Shown here in pieces: positions 52,241-64,000 of a stretch of 64,000 bases of DNA (within the stretch, counting starts at the first letter, position 1; every line of letters begins with the position of its first letter). Below the pieces are notes generated by a model. That model saw only the letters and a program-made list of their open reading frames with translations, was not told the origin of the DNA and made no database searches. The stretch is from Moniliella sp. 'wahieum' (Eukaryota): NCBI GenBank assembly GCA_003971905.1, contig RSEE01000054.1, positions 186,001 through 250,000 of the forward strand. Direction: 5' to 3'. A program made the translations under genes and the position numbers.

Positions 52241-53569
52241 TGCGAGAACCAAATGGACATGCATTGCGCGATGAGGATGAGTATAGGTTTGGTGGCAGTC
52301 GTCAGTCATCAGTAGCCAGGCCACAGGGTGGTGCGCATCCCGGACCCATCAGCCGGAACCTCTCGAGACGTGAGATCTGAGATGGGGCCATGGGCGGCGC
52401 TTTGATATGATGCGAAGCTTCTTTTGCCGGCGAACGAGCCAGGTGACGGATAACTGTCATGCGTCCCATGCGCAGGGGCATGGCCGAAGCGAAGGGGCGG
52501 TTATGGAGTAAGAGGCCAGACGGTGAGGCGTGGGTTGCAGCCCCAAATGCCTGTCGCCACAAGCGTCGGGTTTCTGCCACCGGCCTCTTCAGCCCCACTC
52601 CGCTTATCCAGCCCATCTACCCATTTTCCAATCCCGCCATGACCCATGTTTCAATTTTTCACACCCGCCGTGATCACCACTGCGGTCGCGGCGACCCACA
52701 CTTCGGCGGACTATGTGCCCGAAAGTCGTGGGCAGAGTCTGTTGAAAAGGGAGGACAGATACTGCTGTGGGCTCGGTTTCACTTCAGAGTGTGTACTGAC
52801 GTTTTGGTACAGCCACACTTGTAAAGGGAAGATAGGGTATAGGACGGGGATAGGCGTGTAAGGTGAGCTGCGGAGAGAAGAGATAGTATGCACAAGTCTC
52901 AAGGAAAACGATAACAGTGTGTGGCAAAAAGGAAAAGCCCAAATCAGGAAGCGCGTCCCAGAGCGGCCGGTCACAGTGAGTTGTTCTAGGGCCTGAGGCT
53001 GAAGTCTGTTAAATGATATGTGTGAGTTGGGTCCCTCTTTCACAGTGACATCATACTTACTACAAAACGGGCCCACGGTTACCGGGTACCGTTTTGTCTG
53101 TTGGCCCCTACTGCAGAGACGACCTAGCTCTACGATCTTCCCCTTTTCCACCTTCTTTCCTCGTCAAGGATAGCCAAACCATACACTCAGCCCACTCTGT
53201 AAACCGAAGTGCACAACCTTCGCAGTAGGAATCATCTGCAGCGGCAAGCAAAACGAACTAAGTGCAGCAAGAACACATAGTCGAATGACGGGGTCATAAA
53301 TACAAGTGTGAGCCACCATGACAAAACCATAGTGGGACCGGAAACAGCAAGGCATTGAAGCAACGCAACAGGGAACGTAGAAAGGGGTATACAGCGTCCC
53401 GGCCAAACGCAACCTCAAAAGAGGAAGCATTGGCCGTATCCGGACACAGGCGCCAAACAATGGACGTACAGGCGTGGCGGAGGGGAAGAGGGTAGCATAG
53501 AACGGCGAAACAGCAAGGATAGGAAAGAGGGAGGTATCGTGACCAGACGTACTCCCACCATGGTGCGTG

Positions 53570-54991
53570 TTAGGTGATTAGGTGTACTCTGGTGCCGTTG
53601 TTCCGCTGGATCCAGGGACCCAGCTCTCGGACGTCTCGAGTGCCGCCACGATACCTCCCAGCAAGCCCCGTCCAGCGGGGCCGAGCAGCCCCCAGGCTTC
53701 GGGGTACGGGGAGCAGAGGTTTGAGGAATGTGGCCGTGCGGGGTTTGTTTCTTGCGCTGTTCCTTGCGTGCTGCGCGGGCAGCTTTGGCTGCCCTGTGCC
53801 GCGCCTTTCTTTCCTGCCGCCGCGCTGCTTCTTGTACATCGTCCGCCAAGCCAAATGCCATCTCCGGACTCGGCTGCTCGTCCTCGCTCGACTCGGTATC
53901 CGGCGCAGCAGAGGGATCTGGTTTGTCCGCCTTGCTGGCACTCGGCTCCGTTTCTGGCGACTCCCCCTCCTCCTCGGGGTTGCTGACCATCACGGCATCA
54001 ATGGCCATGGGGATGCTGAGCGTGACACGGGCGAGTTGGAGCGTAAGACGCAAGCGTCCAAACACGTCAAAGTACGACAATTGGCGTAGCGCATGTTGCG
54101 TCTCGTAGAGGCGGATCAGTTCGAACCGGATGATGCGGAAATACTTTTGTCCGGCAAGGACAACGGCACGAATGCGTTTGAACATGCCTTCAAAGTTTTG
54201 CACCGCATCCTCCCCCAATTCTAGGCCAGGGTTGGCCTCGTTGAGCGCACTGATCATGACCCGGATCATCTCAAAATCCCCATCCATAAACTCGGAAAAG
54301 ACATTGTACAGCACACCGTTGAGCGTCTCGTCATTGATGCCCTCGTCAAACGAGGTGGCGGCCGGGGTGGTGTGCTGATGTCGCTCCGGCCACTTACATC
54401 GTACATGCGCCGAGTGGTGGGTTTGGATAGTGTTTCATACGCAAGCGAGATGCGTTGAAAGGCAAGTGTGTGGTAGGAGGATAATCGGGCAATTTGCTGG
54501 ACACGGGCGAGACGGAAATGGGGTTAGGCATTAGGGGGCTACGGAAATGGCCAGAGCGAGGGGCCAAACGTACTCGGGGTGGCAGACGCGGCTGCGCATG
54601 AGAAACCCGCGTCGGATCTCCTCGATCTTGGCGGTGCGACTGACACCAAGCAGCTTGTACAGATCCTCCTCCTGGAGAAGATCATCAATCATCGCCACCT
54701 TGGCGCGGCGGATGTCTGAGCGACGCGCTCGGCCTCGGTGAGATTGATGTCCTCGTAAGGTGGTGGCGGGGAGCCTGGCTCGGGGTCCAGGTAGGCAGGG
54801 GGTGGTGGACGTGGCGGCGCGCGGGACCGAATTGCGCTGGCTGCGCTTGACACGCACATTGTCGTCACGGGCGTCACGGTCATCGGGGCCGGTGGCCACG
54901 CCGCGCGCTGGGAAGGGGTCAGGAGGGGGGCGCGGAGACAGATGGCGGGGAGGCACATACCCAGCGAGTAGAGCGTCGAGGCGACGAACAT
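53570..54991 (-). CDS. DnaJ (J-domain) protein
   Basis: LYKLLGVSRTAKIEEIRRGF..RSRVCHP|DK (HPD split by intron 54573-54497), AFQRIS.AYETLS..R.MYD; start and stop approximate. Confidence 0.88.
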
Positions 54992-55421
54992 GGGGGGGGC
55001 GAGGGCGCAGACGCAGACGCAGACGCAGACGGCGCGCAGAGAACAGCACAGCGGCGTCCGGGAGAAGGAGGTGGTTTTGGCGAGGGGCCTGGCGTGGCAA
55101 TCAGGCATGTAGACTGGCTGGGCAGCAGCAGCGTCGGGCACAGGGGCAGTGTTGCGTTTCTGCTGTCAGTTTCTGCTTCAGTTTCTGCGGCCATTCTGCA
55201 TTCATCACACTCGCCCCGCATTCACGCACGCAGCCCAACCCTAGCACCGCCCCTCCCGCTGCTCGCCTCCCCCGGCACTGCCCCCTGCCCCCTCCCCTAT
55301 CATGCACCATGCCGCCACCCATCGATCACCCATCGCATCCACGCTCGCCTACACGCAACTAGTCCCTACCGCCAACAAAACACACACCCTCCTTAACCCA
55401 CCCGCGACGATCAAGCAGTAC

Positions 55422-57692
55422 CTAGCCAAGCGCCATTCCATAGAGGGGAGCAGCAGGCGCGTCCGCCCACTGGTGGCCGGGGGGATGCGCCGCCTCAGGC
55501 GGGGGCCGCGCCACGGGCCGGATGCGCAGCGTCAGGCCAAAGCAGACGAGCGAGATGAGGATCTGGATGAGCCACACCGAGTTGCGCCGCAGCAGCGACG
55601 CGTCCTGTGCCGCCGAATAGGCAAACAACGAAGTGCTGGCCGCAGGGCCGATGGTGCGGCTAAACGAGCCACACATGGACGAGAGGCCGTTGATGGCGCC
55701 CAACGCGGCGCGCGAGGGCGCATGCTGGTTGATCAGCACCGTCGCTGCCACCAGCGACGTGTTGGTCAGCACTTTGAGCAGCACCATCGTCCCCATGCAA
55801 AGCCAGGGCAGGAGCGGTCCCTGGTGCTTGCTTTGCGCCGCTCGCGCAGCAACCTGCGCCAGCGGGAAGCAGACCCACACCAACGCTTGCAGCGGAACGG
55901 CGCGACGAATCAACCCGAGCGCACCGCGGTAGTACCGCATCAGGCTCGGCAGCAGACCCAGTTGGACCACGATGCTCAGCGCCCCCGTCGCACCCAGGAT
56001 GTTGCCAATGTCAGAGCGATTGAATCCGATGCCCCCATGCTGAACGCGAGTGTAGCAAAACAGAGGCAGCACGGCCATGTAGGAGATGTTGAGCAGGTTG
56101 AGCAGCATCTGGCATTTGCAATCCCAACCGAGCAGCAGTATCGATTAGTAGGACTCGGGCACGCAGGCAAGAGAAGAAAGACATACCTGGGAGGAGATGA
56201 CAGTCAAGATATCAAAGGTCATCAAGCTGCTGAGAGGAGGAGGAGTCAAATGGGGTGGATCATGCTCAATTCCTCGTCGCCGTGGGCAGTGCCGGCCGAG
56301 GGTGCCGAGGGTGTGTGGGACAGATTGCTGGAAGAACGGTGCTGGAGAAAATAATGACCGGGGCTATGCACATGCAGCGCCGGAGCCAACGCACGATCGT
56401 CGGAACCCACTTGGCGGTGAGTACCAGCGACCAAGTCCCATGCGCTGCTTCGTCTCCTTGACTGCGGAGACTGGTCCGCCCGAGCCAGCGCGGCCACAGT
56501 CAGGGCCGAGCCCTCGTTTTGCTCGCCATCCTGGTACAAGCTCGAAAGGCGGCGCTCCGTACTGATCTTGCGCTGGCGGTCGGAGGGGGACGTGCGCCCC
56601 GAGGGACGCTCCGCCTCCACTGCTGCGCCTCCACCTCGGATGCCAGGCTACTTGGCATGGCTTCGAGATGCGGGTGGAGAGAAGACGGGGGGCAGGAGGA
56701 GAAATGGTGCCGTAGCTCTGTCCTTGGTTCTGGCTGGGATTGGTTTCGTAGACGAAGGGTTGGATGGCTTGTCGGGTTGCGAGCCAGGGGGCTCGGTGCC
56801 CAGGGTCTCTGGAGGAAGAAGGTCCCCAGAAGAATGGCGGCAAGGTTAAAGAGCGAAGTGACAAAGCAAGGGAGAGCGAAAGGGTACCGGGCAAAGAAGC
56901 GAGGGTCGTGCTCGTGCCCTGGGAGGTAGTTGCCCTCCTTGTCCAACACATTGTAGGGGTCAGCTAAATTGGCCCCAAATAGGGACCAATCAACGTGCCA
57001 ATCGCATACGAGAGTGGGACAAACGCGAATGCCCGGGCTTGGTTGGTGCTAAACGCGAAACCATGTCAGCACTCAAACCACTACACAAACCACTACACAG
57101 AGGAGACGTACGAGTCGGTAATTTCAGCAATGCTGGCCTTGAGAACACCGACGTTTCCATTGCTAAATCCAGCAATCAGTCGGGCCGCGATGAGCGATGG
57201 CAAGGAGGTGCCCATGCCAAAACAGACGACTGAGAAGAACGTGCCCGACAGACCGATGAGGAGAATGGGTTTCCGGCCATATTGGTCGCTCAATCGGCCC
57301 CAGAGCTACGACGCAGACTGGGCCGCGGCAAAGGCGCTTTCGATGAGGCCGGCATAGTACCCTAGCTCCTCGTGCGGAATGGTAGGGAGGACGTGCTGGA
57401 GAAACTGAGCAATGTAAGGGAAAATTTGCAGCTGGGCGATGGGCTCCGACATGCGCATCAACAGCAGGACCATCAACGTGTCTTGGGTAACGGCGTCTCT
57501 GGTACGTCCAGATCCTCCTCTTCGGCACTGGAGATGGAGAGGGCCCGTTCCGCTGCCTCCAGGTCGCTGCTGCTCCCCGAGTCAGAGGGAGGCACCGAGC
57601 TGGCCGGGGCGGCAGATCATCATCCGCGGACGCGATGGGCTGGTAGTGCGTACTTGGTTCCCCCGGAGCGGCCGAGTCAGCCAGGCGAGCAT
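55422..57692 (-). CDS. MFS transporter (DHA/ZIFL-like)
   Basis: IFPYI, GYYAGLIES, WGRLSDQYGRKP motif A, GNVGVLKA.IAEITD, LGAINGL...R.IGP. Confidence 0.9.
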
Positions 57693-59446
57693 AACCGGAA
57701 ACAAGAGTGGGGGTGGGCAGGGGAACCCAGAATGGTGGTGGTGTGGTGGGGAAGCGAAGAGGAGGAGGCAAAGCAGTGGCGTGCTACTCCAGTCGCAATC
57801 ATACACAGGTGATGTCTCGTCTTCAAACGTACTGTTATTGCCCCCTCTCTCTCGGCACATCGGCACGAGCATGTGCCTGGTGGCGCACTGCTCGGATCTG
57901 CTCGGAAACTCTCGGATTTAAAAACGATCCCAACCCCCTCCCAAACAAATGAGGCTTGAAGCTTGAAGGGGGGAAATGGTGGGGATGCTGCTGCCCCCAC
58001 CCTTCAAAAATACCTGTCGAAATAGCAACCTGTCACCTGCACTTTCAGGACCGGTGCGTGCACAGGTTCTGATACAGAACCGGCCGGCTACTTGGTTTGT
58101 TCACGATACAGAGCAGTGAGTATCTTCCCAGGCGGAAAACAGACCAACGCGTCAACCACGGCAAGTCATGTCAAGGCGGGGAGGGAGGGGGTGAGCAATC
58201 TCCCTGTTCGGGGGAAGCGAGGGCCAGCCAAAATCCCTCGCGTCCCAGGATGAGGCGAGCGAGACTTTGTCCAAGCAGACCTCTCTCGCCCCACTGCCCC
58301 CCCCCATGGGAGGAAAGTTCGTATTTATTGCGGGATGGGCTCGCAGACAATGTTGGTCTTGCTTGGGTCTTGCGGGAGAAGACAGATGAATCCGAAGCCT
58401 TGCATGGTAGCAAACAAGTCCTTCGCCTCCACTGCCACGTCAATGCACTGCGTGGGGGCACCGGGTGCGGAACGGCAGAGCTTGGTCGTCCCCGATCCCG
58501 TCACGCCGTCAAAACTGTACTTGGCTCCACCGGGACGTTTGGATCCTTCCGCAGCGCCAACAAAGGTAGCAATCGTCTGGCGCGTCTCGGGGGTGCCAGG
58601 CGCAGGGGAGGAGCGGGGGCCCTGGCAAGGCGGGAGAAGAGGTTAATGCGTACTGGTCGGGTCGTGTGAGGCCAGGTAAGGCCCCGAAGGGGCAAAGAGC
58701 AGGGCCCAAGGGTAGCACTTACATGGTACTGAACCAGTCAAACGTCGGTCAATGGGGACTCGACGAGGCGAAAAGGCAAAGGGAGCAACGGGGTCGTGGC
58801 AAGGTGCTTGTCGCCCGAGTCGACGATCGTGCAAAGAAGCCGCGGGTACCAGCTTAGCTGGCTGGGACGTGCGCGACCTGGGGTCTGGTTCCTGGCGCAG
58901 CGTCAGTGTGAGATGTCTATGACGCCAACCCTGATGATGACCGATGATCACGATGATCGATCCTCAGGGCCTCAGATGAATGACCAAACCCTACGACTCT
59001 GTTTTCCCAATCCAGTCTCTACCCTTAAACGCTCCTGGGCCCGCCTCTGGTATGGCCACCCCTGGCGGAGCCTAGTAAGGGGATCCGACCGCAAGGAAAA
59101 AAACTACACTGAGCCTAGTGGCATTCTCCTGGAAAGATGGGGGGATTTGGATGCGGTTTTCGTTGGCTTGAGCCAAGCGTGGGGCCAGAAAGGAGCAGAG
59201 GCGGGAGAGGGAGAGAGGAGGGGAGGAATGTTGCACGTCACGCTTTTAAGCAGCTGGGAGTCCCACGAGTGCGCGCAGGACAAGTAGATGCGACGAAGTA
59301 GTCTAAGCACTCTCGAGCTTACACTCAGGCGAGTACCATGCGGGGGAATGAAAGGCAGGCAATGCAGGATCAGGTGTGACCTCCGGGGAAGGAGAGCCAA
59401 AATAGTGCAGCAGCCCGAATTCGAGGAGCAGGCCTAGGCGAAACAC

Positions 59447-59950
59447 TTAGAGCTGGCAGCCAATGTCGTCCTGGACACGGGTGTTCATAATCAGGGCGAC
59501 AATAAGGCCGTACAGGCCGAGCACCTCGGCGAAAATGAGGATAAGGACCATACCGATGAAAAGGCGAGGTTGTTGGGCCGTGCCGCGCACACCAGCGTCA
59601 CCCACTACACCAATGCAAACCCAGCAGCCAGACCAGCCAGACCCACCGAGAGACCGGCGCCAAGTTGGACAAAGCCGGCGTAGAGCGACATGGGCGACTT
59701 GATGCCGGACGAGATGAGCACCGATACGACCAGGCCGTAGATGGCCACGATACCGGCCATAATGACGGGAATGATAGACTTGATGAGCAAGTCGGGGCGC
59801 AGGACACCCATCGCACTCAGACCCACGCCGCTCTTGGCCGTGCCGTACGAGGCGCCAAAGCAGGTGAAGACAATGGCGCCGCGCAGCCCATGGCGCCGAA
59901 GAAGGCGCATAGACGGGGCAAAGCTCCGTGTTGAAGTCGGTGGCAGGCAT
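59447..59950 (-). CDS. VMA3: V-ATPase V0 proteolipid subunit c
   Basis: [57 protein letters not shown] (catalytic Glu). Confidence 0.96.
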   Translation of the reverse strand: MPATDFNTELCPVYAPSSAPWAARRHCLHLLWRLVRHGQERRGSECDGCPAPRLAHQVYHSRHYGRYRGHLRPGRIGAHLVRHQVAHVALRRLCPTWRRSLGGSGWSGCWVCIGVVGDAGVRGTAQQPRLFIGMVLILIFAEVLGLYGLIVALIMNTRVQDDIGCQL

Positions 59951-60412
59951 GGTTCTGTGTGCGCAGGGGAGAAGAGTCAGCGGAGGGCGCGGCGCGGCGG
60001 GGGGTGGACGCACATGGAAGAGCTGCGCGGCGGAAGGGGCTGGGCAGGCACAGAGGCAAGGTGGTGGAGAAAGACAGGCGGCGGGAAACGGCAGGCGTTC
60101 GGCTGCAAACCAGGGGGGCGGGCGGGCAGGAGCAGCCGCACACTGGCGCCATGCCCACGCTGGTCCGGCGTGCGAATTGAAGTTGGCCACGCCCCAATTC
60201 CGCCTGGCGGACGAGCAGCCGGGAGAGGAAGGGTGGCCACGTGACGCAACACGTGCGCCTGCCCAGCACACGAGCACCATGAGTGAATGCAACACTATAG
60301 GAACCAACTTGCTCGCAGCGGCTGGGCCAGATAAGCTCCTGGATTGGGCTGCTCAGCCTACGCATCTGCGTACTACACCTTCCCTGGCTGCCTCGCCACC
60401 GCCCCCACCACC

Positions 60413-62236
<1,824 letters not shown>

Positions 62237-64000
62237 TCCTTCCCGCATTCTCCCCAGCCTCCTTTCACATGGCTTTCTCCTTCCTGCTTGCTATCTACTA
62301 CCCTGACTCTTTATCTGATTGTAAGCCCCTGCGCCTTTTCGCGCCCAACGGACGCTGCACGTTAACCCTGGCCCTGGCCAGCCTCACCCCGGCTGCTATA
62401 TATGGTGAGCGAAGCCAGATGTTCTCACTCCCCATTCGTCCTCTCTCATCTTATCATTCCGTACCTACATACCCCATCATCCTGTTCCAAATATACTCAT
62501 TTTGGGCAACTACTTTTGAATCTACCTTGGGGGCACGAGATGCAAACCTTTCTGCATGCCGTGCAGACCAGCAGTGTAGACTTCGTTCGTCCCACTCGAG
62601 AGCATTGCGCGTTGATCCTCTTCCATCGCATTGCCCCTCACCTCCCTCCCTCTTTCGCCCTATTATTGTCCTATACGCTCAATTCCTCTCGCGCGCCATG
62701 CGCCCCTTCCCTCCGTACAGTTCATGGGACCCCCCCCTGAGCCCGATCGCCCTGTTCCCGTGGCTCCTTGCGGGGCGGCCCTCTGCGGCGTCCGATCCAC
62801 TCGCTCCCCCATCACTGCCAGCTCTCTGGCGTATACCGGTTATTGAGGCAGAACAGCGGCGCATCCGTTTCTGCCGTGCAGACGGAAGTCGTGGTCATGA
62901 ATACCGTAAGCAGTCAGATGCAAACGGTGCCTGAGGCCTCTGATATTGGGCCCATGTCCCTTGTGACAACGTAGGAGGGCAACGCTCTGGAAAGGAATAA
63001 TCGGAACCAGACCGACCTCACATCCCCCACTTAACGTGTGTGTGAGTAGGTAGATATGCTCATCGCTGCAAGTGAAAGGCACAAAGGTGCGGTGTTACTC
63101 GTCCCACACACATTTTGTTAGGCACACAGGGGTGGGCAACGCGGTAAGGAACGGGCTGTTGAACGGTAACATGGTAATCCATTACCTGGTAGCCACCTAT
63201 TGTATCGATTGTACGAAAAGGTATCGATGAGGCAGGGAGGCCTGTGGACTGCCTTGTGGGCTTGCCCCATATGGTTGGTAGAGTGACTCGGAGCGCACTG
63301 AGGCCTCAGCCTGAGGACTGATAAGGTCTGTGGTTACCAAGGCCAGAGAGGTGCTGGGGCCGCTGAGTGTGGCGAGGGCGGTAAAAAACGGCAAGTGGTG
63401 GTGAGAGCGAGTAAGATCAACAGCGCGTGAGAAGAAGAGGGTGGCGGGAAGGAACGTGGAACACGTTTTAAACGCAGAGCACGTTGAGTACTGCATCATA
63501 CTAAGTACCAATGTTCCGTTGTAACCATATGGTCCTGCCAGGCCAAGCACATGTCTGCAGGCATTGTGCCTGTTGGCCTTTCGGCGAATTAAATGTTCTA
63601 TTGAAAACTACTGGTGCTGTAGGATAGCATCGAGACGCCTATGATGGTCTTCTCTTCGGCAAAAATGCGGAGGGATTGGGGCGTCTTGAACATGGAAATC
63701 ATCGAGATTGTCGATCCTGCATCATGCATCATGCAGAACACTGTGAACACGGTCCGCTATGTACTTTGACAGTGGTGTGGCAATAATGGTCCACGTATGG
63801 GGAGGCAGCTGTTGGCCGTTGGTACAGTACGTTTTCATTGCTTTGGGGGGGCGGGGGGGGGGGGCGCTGCAAAATGTATGCGGGGCACAAGCAAAACTAA
63901 ACCAAACAACCGACACTTGGCGTGGCGGTGGCCACGGGACCGAGCCTACACCGAGCACCGCTCAGGGTGCGTTAGCGTTCGGCCGTTTCGGGCCGCGGGG

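Larger units (their letters stand above)
47579..52672 (+). mobile_element. CACTA/EnSpm-like DNA transposon (probably internally deleted)
   Basis: imperfect TIRs CACGGGCGCTGGTGAAAAATT / (rc) CACGGCGGGTGTGAAAAATT, left subterminal tandem repeats, transposase remnant; flanks CTC/ATC (one mismatch). Confidence 0.65.

Noticed and set aside
23449..59950. Mass pseudogenisation or programmed frameshifting
   Set aside because: Scattered 1-nt losses in essential genes without amino-acid decay or slippery-site structures point to sequencing error

Overview
Eukaryotic, GC-rich fungal genomic DNA. It is basidiomycete-like: short GT..AG introns with CTGAC/CTAAC branch sites and compact head-to-head genes; low intron density hints at Ustilaginomycotina (inference only). 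Nearly every gene, including essential ones (VMA3, VMA6, SEC14, PHB2), has 1-nt frameshifts, most likely uncorrected long-read errors, so CDS ends are approximate. Bases 1-9.5 kb are gene-poor, with LTR-like fragments and one small Cys-rich spliced gene. A dense housekeeping block follows: F-box protein, Alb1-like protein, CHCHD2/Mix17, Ubc12, SDR, ACC-synthase-like aminotransferase, Artemis-like nuclease, Vma6, Pet127-like protein, two hypotheticals, GH105-like glycosidase, G-alpha, initiator tRNA-Met, Phb2, Sec14, Spo7, L-2-hydroxyglutarate dehydrogenase, Ind1 and a pathogen-related protein. Next is a ~5.1 kb CACTA/EnSpm-like transposon with 23-bp subterminal repeats and a nested intron-rich segment. 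The window ends with a J-domain protein, an MFS transporter, Vma3 and a STE20/GCK kinase. Most notable: (1) a strongly over-represented intergenic family of 7-bp quasi-palindromic duplications (TGA-[4-nt palindrome]-TGA, at least 13 different cores); (2) a Pet127 homolog whose putative catalytic acidic residues are substituted; (3) the intron-rich non-coding insert inside the transposon.
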